Virus record (IMG/VR): IMGVR_UViG_3300025121_000011
Span: 261,474 to 325,473 of that record
DNA: 64,000 nt
Source: a virus
Direction: 5' to 3' (one strand)
The notes beneath the pieces are model-generated. The model did no database searches. It was given only the letters and a program-made list of their open reading frames with translations, and was not told the DNA's origin. The first letter of the stretch is position 1; each line of letters opens with the position of its first letter. The position numbers and the translations under genes are program-made. Shown piece after piece: positions 56,569 through 64,000 of this stretch.

Positions 56569-56681
56569 GCGGAATAGTGTAGTAGGGAGCACGCGTATAA
56601 TGTATCTTGATAAAGATGTATACAGCAATCAAACAAATCCATTGGGTGGACGAAGTATAGGTTCGAGTCCTATTTCTGCAA
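56569..56681 (+). ncRNA. tRNA-like element with expanded central region (acceptor TGCGGAA/TTCTGCA)
   Basis: D-arm GTGTAGTAGGGAGCAC, T-arm ATAGG-TTCGAGT-CCTAT, acceptor 7/7 with one G-U; 113 nt. Confidence 0.4.
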
Positions 56682-56723
56682 CTATTTGAGAAGACATAAC
56701 ACTTAACAAAAGGAGATAATTAA

Positions 56724-56975
56724 ATGAAGAATTTTATGATTATTTTGGCAGCACTGTTTGCTTTTGGATGTGCAGAATCTAAGGTGATTAATGGTGTGGA
56801 GTATGAGCCATGTGGATTGCTGGATGACTCAGACTGTAAGGATCCTTCTATTCGTTATGAAGCTAACATTGGAAATGTCATCTGGGGAGTTATTTTGGTT
56901 GAGACTGTGGTTGTTCCGATTTGGCTTTTTGGGTTTGAGCTTTATGAGCCAACTTATGCAAAGCCGATCAAGTAA
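56724..56975 (+). CDS. small lipoprotein/secreted protein
   Basis: signal peptide with AFGCAES lipobox; SD AAGGAGA. Confidence 0.4.
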   Translation: MKNFMIILAALFAFGCAESKVINGVEYEPCGLLDDSDCKDPSIRYEANIGNVIWGVILVETVVVPIWLFGFELYEPTYAKPIK

Positions 56976-57051
56976 GTAAAAATAATATAAAAATCTTTTG
57001 ATTATTTTTAAAACGTAGCGTATGCTAAATGTAGCAATCAATTAAATTTAT

Positions 57052-57130
57052 GCCTCTGTAGCTCAGGATTGAGAGTGCCTGGCGTTTCGCTGGGAGGGTC
57101 GTTAGGTTAAAGTCTTAACCGGAGGCACCA
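57052..57130 (+). tRNA. tRNA-like (possible TTT anticodon; non-canonical T-loop TTAAAGT), CCA encoded
   Basis: acceptor GCCTCTG/CGGAGGC plus ACCA, D-arm GCTCAGGATTGAGAGT, anticodon region CCTGG-CGTTTCG-CTGGG. Confidence 0.45.
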
Positions 57131-57230
57131 TACAGGTTTGAGGGGAACGCGAAGAGATAGTCCTTAACGTAAGTATTCTATCGTGAGATAGAGTAGCCTA
57201 CTACAATCATTTTATATAGATGTCATTTAT

Positions 57231-57319
57231 ATTTGAATAGCTTAGTGTCAAAGCGTTTGCGGCCTACTTCTTCGGATTCAAAAGCCGTAAAAGTCATAGG
57301 TTAGATTCCTATTTCAAAT
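57231..57319 (+). ncRNA. tRNA-like element with extended anticodon-region helix (acceptor ATTTGAA/TTCAAAT)
   Basis: 7/7 acceptor pairing, D-arm GCTTAGTGTCAAAGC, T-arm ATAGG-TTAGATT-CCTAT, 7-bp central helix with 19-nt loop. Confidence 0.35.
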
Positions 57320-57566
57320 ACTATTTAAACTATAGGTTCACGGAACACACTCTTTCACGGTGGTTACTCACTTTAAATTGAAATATTTTTAGGTCTATAG
57401 TTTAAATTTTTAAGGGATGCAATCAGCAATTAAATTTTTCTTTATGTAAAAACAAATCGCACCCTGATTTTTTTAGGATACAAACAGCAAATAAACATTC
57501 AACTTGTTTTTGAAAAACGTTTAATTGTATCCTGTTTATTATTAGTAGTAGCATTAAGGTGATAAT

Positions 57567-57857
57567 ATGATTCAAGCTATGACTGTATTGACAGCAGAAC
57601 CGCATCCTAATGCGGATAGATTAAAAGTCTATACTCTACGTGCAAGTTATGATGAGCCAATTCTTCAGGTGTGTGCTAATCTAACCAATGTTTATAGTGT
57701 TGGTAATGTTGTAGCTGTTTGTTTAATTGGTCATGCATATGATGGTATGGTTATCAAATCCCGGAAGGTGCGTGGGGTTCTGTCTCAAGGAATGATGATT
57801 GGTACTACAAAGGCTGTTTCAGGTTCTGATGTTACTGATTCATTTGTGATTGTGTAA
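57567..57857 (+). CDS. tRNA-binding domain protein (Myf/CsaA/Trbp111-like OB fold)
   Basis: VLTAEPHPNADRLKVYTL ... VCANLTNV ... GNVVAVCLIG matches the tRNA-binding domain pattern (V.PHPNADKL.VC.VD ... VCGA.N ... G..V.VA). Confidence 0.55.
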   Translation: MIQAMTVLTAEPHPNADRLKVYTLRASYDEPILQVCANLTNVYSVGNVVAVCLIGHAYDGMVIKSRKVRGVLSQGMMIGTTKAVSGSDVTDSFVIV

Positions 57858-58039
57858 AATATATAATTTAAAGTAATCTTCTTATGAATATTGTTAATTT
57901 GTTTTTGTTTGGGTGCAACCAGCAAACTAAATAATTCAGGCTACTATTCTAAATTGCACCCAGCTTTTAATTTTTACTTATAAATATATAATCAGAAGTA
58001 ACTATCCTATGAAATTAAAAACATACCAGGAGGTATGCC

Positions 58040-58648
58040 ATGTTAAGGATGGTTGGGCCCAAAATTCCTATGGATATTTATGTGGCGGCTTCTGGTGGAC
58101 CAGACAGCATGGCTGTCTTGGATTTTCTTATTCGTGGTGGTCGTAAAATTACAGTTTTACATTTTGATCATGGGACTAAACATGGAGAAGATGCTAGAGA
58201 GTTTATTAGGGAGTATTGTCAGTCGAGAGATATTAAACTGATTATTGGAAATGAGATTAGAGAGCGAGACTCTAACGAGTCTATGGAAGAATATTGGCGT
58301 GATATGCGATATCAGTTTCTTGATCAGTATTCAGATAAGCCAATTGTCATGGCACATAATCTTGATGATCAGGTGATGAGTTGGGTATTTACTTCTTTGA
58401 ATGGATTGCCAAAACTTATTCCTTATAACAGAAGGAACGTTATCCGTCCTTTCATTGTAACTTCTAAGCAGAATATGATTGATTGGTGTGAGCGAAATGG
58501 GGTTCCGTATTTAACGGACCCAAGTAATGATGATACAAGATATATGAGAAATTTTATTAGAAAAGAAATTCTTCCTTCAGCTTTAGTTGTTAATCCAGGA
58601 TTATATAAAGTAATCTTAAAGAAGATTTTAAGAAATTTTGAAGGATAA
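58040..58648 (+). CDS. tilS: TilS-like PP-loop ATPase (tRNA(Ile)-lysidine synthetase catalytic domain)
   Basis: PP-loop SGGPDS followed by VLHFDHGTKHGEDAREFIREYC, matching the TilS pattern SGGxDS ... HxxHGxR ... ED..FV..C; 202 aa, so N-terminal domain only. Confidence 0.6.
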   Translation: MLRMVGPKIPMDIYVAASGGPDSMAVLDFLIRGGRKITVLHFDHGTKHGEDAREFIREYCQSRDIKLIIGNEIRERDSNESMEEYWRDMRYQFLDQYSDKPIVMAHNLDDQVMSWVFTSLNGLPKLIPYNRRNVIRPFIVTSKQNMIDWCERNGVPYLTDPSNDDTRYMRNFIRKEILPSALVVNPGLYKVILKKILRNFEG

Positions 58649-58708
58649 ATAATTATATTTTGGATATATGCAGCAATTAAATCACAAACTATCCAGTAGA
58701 GGTGAAAT

Positions 58709-60160
58709 ATGAGTTTTGTAGACGCAATGACTTCTAATGATATGCTTACAGAAAATGGTGCCGTTACTCACAGCACCTCAGGAAAAGCAATTATGGATAT
58801 GTTTTTCCAGATCGGTGGTATGCGTGGCCATAGTGGTGAAGATGTAATTTCTTTATTTACTAAGGCTCTTGGAGAAGATCCTTTAACGGCAATGAAGATC
58901 TTGTTTTATAACCGCGATATTCGTGGTGGACAAGGAGAGCGGCAAACTTTTCGTTATATTATGTCTTATCTTGCTCAGTATCATCCGGAGCTTATTCGAA
59001 AGAATATGCATTTGATTCCGGAATACGGTCGGTGGGATGATATGTTTGTGTTTGTTGGAACCGGATTGGAGAATGATGCTTTTGCTTTAATTCGCACTGC
59101 ATTGCATGAGCAAAACGGTTTAGCCGCAAAGTGGTGTCCTCGTTTGAAGTCTTCTAAAAAGATTTTAGCAGCAAAACTGTGTGCATATCTTGGAATGACT
59201 CCGAAGCAATATCGTCAAACGCTTGCGAGACTTACCAAGGTTGTTGAAACTCCAATGTGCGCTAATCAGTGGGAAGATATTAACTTTAGTCAGGTCCCTT
59301 CGGTAGCAATGAAAAATTATCGCAAGTCATTTGCGAGACATACTCCCAACGAGTGGGAACAGTATCTTGCTGCTTTAGAAAAGGGCGACCCGGCTGTTAA
59401 GATTAATGCAAGCGCTATTTTCCCACATGACATTATCAAACAGTGGGTTGCTGGTTCAGTCGGTTATTATAGGGTTACATCTCCAGATCGTCAAGAGATT
59501 CGCGCAGCCGAAGCACAGTGGAATGCTTTGCCTGATTATATGGGTGAGAATTCTGGAAAGGTATTGGTTATGGCCGATGTTTCGGGTTCTATGTATTCTG
59601 GTTTAAATCCCAGTTTAGCTCCAATTCAGGCTTCCGTTTCTTTGGCGCTGTATTGTGCCGAACGATGTAAGGGGCCTTTTAAGAATTTTTACATGAGTTT
59701 TTCTGGAAATCCAGAATTTGTAAAGGTTCAAGGAAGTAATATTTACGAAAAAGTTATTAATATCAACAATAAAAATGTTGGATATAACACTGATATTAAT
59801 CGTGCTTTTGCGGTATTGTTGAGTCGCGCAAAGCAGCACTCTGTTTCACAGGCCGACATGCAAGAAACTTTATTGATTCTTTCAGATATGCAATTTGATT
59901 GCAGCGAAATTAGTGGAAAGACTAATTTTGAAACGATTCGAGATCAGTACCGTGCATCTGGTTATCAACTTCCTCAGATTGTTTTTTGGAATTTGAATTC
60001 TAAGGGTGGTGTTCCGGTAAAAATAACTGATGATGGAGTAGCTTTAGTGTCCGGGTTTAGCCCAAGTATTCTTACTGCAATCCTGGGTGGAGAAGTATCG
60101 CCCATGGCAGTTTTGAATAGGGCAATTCATAGTGGACGATATGATGCGGTAACTCTTTGA
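58709..60160 (+). CDS. vWA-domain protein, possibly Ro60/TROVE-like (DUF2828-type)
   Basis: C-terminal vWA MIDAS motif VLVMADVSGSM; N-terminus MSFVDAMTSNDMLTENGAVTHSTSGKA ... resembles the phage/bacterial TROVE-related DUF2828 family from memory; terminator 60260-60301. Confidence 0.5.
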   Translation: MSFVDAMTSNDMLTENGAVTHSTSGKAIMDMFFQIGGMRGHSGEDVISLFTKALGEDPLTAMKILFYNRDIRGGQGERQTFRYIMSYLAQYHPELIRKNMHLIPEYGRWDDMFVFVGTGLENDAFALIRTALHEQNGLAAKWCPRLKSSKKILAAKLCAYLGMTPKQYRQTLARLTKVVETPMCANQWEDINFSQVPSVAMKNYRKSFARHTPNEWEQYLAALEKGDPAVKINASAIFPHDIIKQWVAGSVGYYRVTSPDRQEIRAAEAQWNALPDYMGENSGKVLVMADVSGSMYSGLNPSLAPIQASVSLALYCAERCKGPFKNFYMSFSGNPEFVKVQGSNIYEKVININNKNVGYNTDINRAFAVLLSRAKQHSVSQADMQETLLILSDMQFDCSEISGKTNFETIRDQYRASGYQLPQIVFWNLNSKGGVPVKITDDGVALVSGFSPSILTAILGGEVSPMAVLNRAIHSGRYDAVTL

Positions 60161-60259
60161 TAAGGGATTGATGTTTATTGAATAAGTTTTAAGGATACAT
60201 TAACAGCAAAACAAAAGACTACATGATGCAATTAATTAGGTCTTCGGATCGGAATTAAT

Positions 60260-60301
60260 ATGAGTGGCGGCGGGAAGGCATGACGCCACTCATTAAAAAA
60301 A
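60260..60301 (+). terminator. rho-independent terminator
   Basis: ATGAGTGGCG ... CGCCACTCAT (10-bp stem) plus TTAAAAAAA. Confidence 0.55.
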
Positions 60302-60352
60302 TAAATAGATGTCTATGTATCCTGATTTTAATATTTTTATATAGAGGAATTA

Positions 60353-60988
60353 ATGCGAATTTGCACCTCAAATCCCGGCAAGGTATCTGAGTTTGGAGGG
60401 CTTCTCGCACCTCTAGATATTAACCTAGATGTGTCTGGAGATTACGATATTCCAGAAACCGGTATAACTTTTGCAGATAACTCGCGAGAAAAAATTCTGG
60501 GTTATGCCAAGCATTATTCTGGAGAATGGTTATTGGCAGATGATTCTGGATTAGTAATTCCAGCTTTAAATAATTTGCCAGGCCCATTTAGCGCGCGATT
60601 TAGTGATCTTGATCTTGATACGTTAATGATTGTATCAAGTGGAGATGATCGAGAAGTAATTGATTTAAAAAATAACAATCGTGTATTAGAGTTACTTAGT
60701 AATATTCCTCACGATAATCGTGGAGCTTACTTTGTGGCTTGTATTACTGTTTTAAATCCAGATGGAAAAGTTTCTTTCCAAGTAGAACGCAGAGCGTATG
60801 GTTATATTTCCAAAGAACTTCGTGGGAAAAATGGATTTGGATATGATCCTCTTTTCATTTCAGATAATAGCTTTGGCAAAACATGGGCAGAAATTGATAA
60901 GGCTAGAAAGTCTTTAATCAGTCATCGATCTAAAGCTATTTGGGATTTCTTGGCTTGGATCTGCTCTACATCTGAGGTTATTTCATGA
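60353..60988 (+). CDS. Ham1/RdgB-family non-canonical purine NTP pyrophosphatase (ITPase)
   Basis: N-terminal ICTSNPGKVSEF matches the Ham1 ATGNxGKxxE motif. Confidence 0.65.
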   Translation: MRICTSNPGKVSEFGGLLAPLDINLDVSGDYDIPETGITFADNSREKILGYAKHYSGEWLLADDSGLVIPALNNLPGPFSARFSDLDLDTLMIVSSGDDREVIDLKNNNRVLELLSNIPHDNRGAYFVACITVLNPDGKVSFQVERRAYGYISKELRGKNGFGYDPLFISDNSFGKTWAEIDKARKSLISHRSKAIWDFLAWICSTSEVIS

Positions 60989-61028
60989 GTATTCAGTTTA
61001 CAATTAATGTCGTAGTAACTCGGTTTTA

Positions 61029-61613
61029 ATGATGGAATCAATACTTTTGCATTTTGATTCGGTTATAAATTCAATTAAGATTGGAATGCCAACAGGTAGG
61101 CTCCGTGTGCCAGATATAATTTCTGTGCTTGGCGTCGAACCACCTAAGAGAATTGGGCGTGAATTGTTTCTTGCAAGTGGGCGATTTGTTTATTTTTATT
61201 CTAGAACAAAAGTTTATCCACAAATGGTTGCCATGAATGATCTTGATGTGGCCTTTGTTGGGTCGGACGCCTTAGAGGCTGGTCCTTATGCTCAACAGTG
61301 TAATGTTGTTTGGTCAGAGCTACAGCAAGGCGTAAGAGTAGTCCTGGCTGGCTCTACACAAATCTCTAAGGGTAAGCTGCTCCGAGTAGTTACCCCATTT
61401 CCAGAATGGGCTCAGAAGGTCATTGGCGAGCTAGGAATTCCTCATACGATTTACGCAGTAACGGGCGGATCAGAGGGTTTGGTTGCTCATGGTTTGGCTG
61501 ATGCCGTATTTGATATTGTTGAGACTGGAGAAACATTAAGAGATAATGGATTGGAAATTTTAATGGATTTCGGACAACTTCATACATGCTGTATTGTTAA
61601 GAGTAAGCCATGA
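61029..61613 (+). CDS. hisG: ATP phosphoribosyltransferase HisG-like (short form)
   Basis: GRL and DVAFVGSDALEAG resemble HisG hinge/PRPP regions (D.P.LV..G.VDLGI.G.D.L.E). Confidence 0.55.
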   Translation: MMESILLHFDSVINSIKIGMPTGRLRVPDIISVLGVEPPKRIGRELFLASGRFVYFYSRTKVYPQMVAMNDLDVAFVGSDALEAGPYAQQCNVVWSELQQGVRVVLAGSTQISKGKLLRVVTPFPEWAQKVIGELGIPHTIYAVTGGSEGLVAHGLADAVFDIVETGETLRDNGLEILMDFGQLHTCCIVKSKP

Positions 61614-62494
61614 TTGAACTAGATTCTATGACGATGGATACATTTCGCCAACAACCATTAGTAGTAGAAGGTGAAAGCAAAGAAATTAGAGAGCATCCAG
61701 AAGATCCAGAAAAAGTATTAATTTGGTTAAAGCCCACAATCTATAGCTTCACAGAAAATCGTTGTGCTTGGGTCGAAGGATCAAATCTTTTGAGAGCAAG
61801 AGCTATGAAAATCATTGTTCCTTTATTGCAAAGTAAAGGAATAGATCATGCTTATCAAGATATTTCCGATGTAACTGGTTTGATTTCGGCCAGAAAAATC
61901 CATCCGTCAGAAGACCCAAATGTAGAGGTAATCGTAAAGAGATTTAATAGTGGCACATCTTATCATCGTTATTATGGAATGGCGGCTAAGCCAACGAGGG
62001 GATCTCATAAGTTATGGCCCGGGGAAGTTGTTGGAAAGTATGAGCCATATCGTGGACCAAAGATTAGGTTTGACTGGAGGAATCCATTCTGGATTCCAGA
62101 ATTAGTAATGAAGCTTCGTAAGACTAATCCGTTACTTCCAGCGGAAGTTTATAAGTGGCCTGATGAATTGCGTCAAGGCATTATGATGCGTGATGAAGTC
62201 TTGGGAGAGGATTTTGCTTCCGAGCTAATTGATACAAAGCAAGCTAGGAAAACTGCTCTATGGACATATGCAGTTTTACAAAATTATATGGGTGAAAGAA
62301 ATATCGTTATATATGATATGTGTTTGTTTATTACATCAGATGGTAAAACTGTATATGGTGAAATCAATCAAGACTCTGGACGATTTAGACATTTAGATTA
62401 TGGAATGTTGGATAAGGATGTCTGGAGAGCAGGAGGCTCCATTGGAGATGTTTTAGAAAAATGGCAGATGCTAACTGTTATGTTACAAGAATAA
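61610..62494 (+). CDS. SAICAR synthetase (PurC)-like protein
   Basis: LVVEGESKEI ... KPTIYSFTENRCAWVEGSNLLRARAM ... GIDHAY ... VEVIVKRFNSGT tracks E. coli PurC LYRGKAKTVY ... [21 protein letters not shown] ... GIPTQM ... VECVVRNRAAGS. Confidence 0.55.
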   Translation: MIELDSMTMDTFRQQPLVVEGESKEIREHPEDPEKVLIWLKPTIYSFTENRCAWVEGSNLLRARAMKIIVPLLQSKGIDHAYQDISDVTGLISARKIHPSEDPNVEVIVKRFNSGTSYHRYYGMAAKPTRGSHKLWPGEVVGKYEPYRGPKIRFDWRNPFWIPELVMKLRKTNPLLPAEVYKWPDELRQGIMMRDEVLGEDFASELIDTKQARKTALWTYAVLQNYMGERNIVIYDMCLFITSDGKTVYGEINQDSGRFRHLDYGMLDKDVWRAGGSIGDVLEKWQMLTVMLQE

Positions 62495-62514
62495 TGACAG
62501 AAGGTTTGTGAAAT

Positions 62515-63762
62515 ATGATTATACCAAGTATTGATATTCAGGGCGGCAAAGTAGTTCAGCTTATTGAGGGCAGGGAGTTAGCATTAACTGTAGATGTTCC
62601 ATACGCTTTAGCTGAAAAGTTTTCTCGCGTTGGAGAGTTTGCTGTTATAGATTTAGACGCTGCTATGGGTTTGGGTAATAATCGAGAGATTGTAGAATCT
62701 TTAGTAAGAAAATATCCAGTTAGAGTTGGTGGTGGTATTAGGAATATATCAGATGCATTATATTGGTTAAATGCCGGGGCGTCAAAGATTATTATTGGAA
62801 CCGCCGCTGTTCCAAATTTTATTTCACAACTTCCTCGTGATCGAATTATTGTAGCTTTAGATTCTTATAATGACGATGTTGTTATAAATGGTTGGACTAC
62901 AAGAACTGGACGTAATGTTGCCCAAGCTATGCAAGATGTTTTACCATATACATCTGGATTCTTAATTACTTTTGTAGAGAAAGAAGGAAGGTTAGATGGC
63001 ACAAACTTAGACAGGACTAAGTTTTTAGTTGATGCCGCAAATGGTGCGCGCATCACTTTTGCAGGAGGAATTACAACTGCTAATGATATAGCATATCTAG
63101 ATTCTATTGGTGCCGATTCGCAGGTCGGAATGGCTCTTTACACTGGAAAGCTTTTATTATCGGAAGGGTTCGCTTCTGTTTTGAAAAGTGATCGAAGCGA
63201 TGGACTTTGGCCAACAGTTGTTCAAGATGAATCTGGAGTATTAGGTTTAGTATATTCAAATCAAGAAAGTCTTCATACATCAATTGAATCTGGTGAAGGT
63301 GTATATTGGTCAAGAAGAACCGGTTTATGGAAGAAGGGAAACTTTTCTGGCAATACACAATCAATAGTAAATATTAAAGTAGATTGTGATCGAGATGCTT
63401 TGCTTTTTACAGTAAAGCAGCATGGTGAGGGATTCTGTCATACCGGTTCTTATCAATGTTTTAATTCAATGGATGCACTATTTGAACTTGAACAAACATT
63501 AGAGCGCAAGAAACATTCTAATGATTTAGAATCTTATACATATAACTTATTTGAGCAATCAAATATCTTAAGAAATAAGATCATGGAAGAGGCGGCTGAA
63601 TTATGTGACGCCCATAGTAATAGTGAGGTTATTCATGAGGCGGCAGATCTGATATATTTTATGATGACTTATCTTTCTTTACATGATGTAACTTTAGCTG
63701 ATATTAAGAAAGAAATTAAACGTCGGTCATTAGTGATTGCAAGAAGGAAAAGTAAAGAGTGA
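62515..63762 (+). CDS. hisAIE: HisA-HisI-HisE fusion protein (ProFAR isomerase, PR-AMP cyclohydrolase, PR-ATP pyrophosphatase)
   Basis: N-terminal MIIPSIDIQGGKVVQL (HisA MIIPALDLIDGTVVRL); middle DCDRDALLFTVKQHGEGFCHTGSYQCF (HisI); C-terminal SYTYNLF ... EEAAEL ... EAADLIYF (HisE). Confidence 0.7.
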   Translation: MIIPSIDIQGGKVVQLIEGRELALTVDVPYALAEKFSRVGEFAVIDLDAAMGLGNNREIVESLVRKYPVRVGGGIRNISDALYWLNAGASKIIIGTAAVPNFISQLPRDRIIVALDSYNDDVVINGWTTRTGRNVAQAMQDVLPYTSGFLITFVEKEGRLDGTNLDRTKFLVDAANGARITFAGGITTANDIAYLDSIGADSQVGMALYTGKLLLSEGFASVLKSDRSDGLWPTVVQDESGVLGLVYSNQESLHTSIESGEGVYWSRRTGLWKKGNFSGNTQSIVNIKVDCDRDALLFTVKQHGEGFCHTGSYQCFNSMDALFELEQTLERKKHSNDLESYTYNLFEQSNILRNKIMEEAAELCDAHSNSEVIHEAADLIYFMMTYLSLHDVTLADIKKEIKRRSLVIARRKSKE

Positions 63763-63816
63763 CCAAGCCTTCCGAGGTTAGCTAAATTCTTTTGTTTCAA
63801 ATATTGGAGAAATCTT

Positions 63817-64000
63817 ATGAATAGCAGCGTGTTATATGCTCCAAGTCTTATTAGATTAGTGCGAGTTTTAAACTCGCAAACCAGTTCTTATAACTATATT
63901 GATATGACAAAAGATAAGTGGGCGGAGCAAGGATATGTTGAGTGGAGTACTAGGTTAAGACTATTACAGTATAATAAAAAGTCTAGATGGTGTGGGCCAA
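63817..64000 (+). CDS. hypothetical protein (5' partial, runs off the window)
   Basis: ATG 63817 with SD TGGAGA; open to the window end. Confidence 0.3.
   Translation, partial: MNSSVLYAPSLIRLVRVLNSQTSSYNYIDMTKDKWAEQGYVEWSTRLRLLQYNKKSRWCGP

Noticed and set aside
1-64000. CRISPR array, rRNA, integrase/transposase or other mobile element
   Set aside because: No regularly spaced repeat-spacer structure, no rRNA-like sequence and no recombinase or transposase motifs were seen. The repeats present are promoter modules, gene-family fragments and iterons.
24000-64000. Alternative genetic code or stop-codon recoding, suggested by low GC and the phage tRNAs
   Set aside because: Long genes (ligases, HisAIE, DUF2828-like) are intact with standard stops and no in-frame TAG or TGA runs.

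Overview
The window reads as an accessory/early plus nucleotide- and RNA-metabolism region of a large tailed phage, not a host chromosome. All calls below are by eye from the sequence and the ORF track; no searches were run.

Layout: (1) Positions 1-23.6 kb are about 50% GC and hold dozens of small plus-strand genes. Almost every gene has its own copy of a conserved ~55-nt promoter-like module: a GGCGGCAAAAG box, a TTAAC(A/T) -35-like hexamer, CTCTAAAAATATATT, then GTAACTAAGG. Most modules are preceded by a nested-palindrome element with a TTGCATTAAGCAA core that occurs in either orientation. Four stretches in this half carry no ORF and are candidate ncRNAs or structured 3' UTRs; each ends at a rho-independent terminator and two start at a promoter module. 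(2) Positions 24-53 kb are about 33-35% GC, with tightly packed plus-strand operons driven by ordinary sigma70-like promoters. (3) Positions 53.5-57.4 kb are a tRNA island containing two HNH homing endonuclease genes on the minus strand.

Recognisable genes include an ArdC-like antirestriction protein, a ribosomal bL12 C-terminal-domain-like protein, an SPFH-domain lipoprotein, a SPASM-type radical SAM enzyme, an Rnl2-type RNA ligase (KMHGTN motif), a bacterial-type Hen1-like 3'-end RNA 2'-O-methyltransferase, a second nucleotidyltransferase ligase, a GNAT acetyltransferase, three HNH endonucleases, a SprT-like metalloprotease, two calcineurin/lambda-type phosphoesterases, an ATP-dependent DNA ligase (KFDGYR motif), a CDA-fold deaminase, a tRNA-binding (Myf/CsaA-like) protein, a TilS-like PP-loop enzyme, a vWA-domain protein that may be Ro60/TROVE-like, a Ham1/ITPase, and a HisG / PurC-like / HisA-HisI-HisE block.

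The most unusual items, all inferences to be tested: (a) a tandem array of three paralogous genes with conserved ends and a hypervariable Ala/Tyr/Asn-rich core, followed directly by the radical SAM gene, with fragments of the family scattered across the first half; (b) an RNA-repair cassette (ligase, Hen1-like, ligase) beside a tRNA island that holds, besides canonical tRNAs, several tRNA-like elements with good acceptor, D and T arms but missing or expanded anticodon regions, which look like Y-RNA-like tRNA mimics, close to the vWA/possibly Ro60-like protein and the TilS-like enzyme; (c) partial histidine-pathway genes plus a PurC-like gene; (d) the gene-by-gene promoter and palindrome module system.

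Coordinates of elements not in the ORF track are approximate to about 2 nt.
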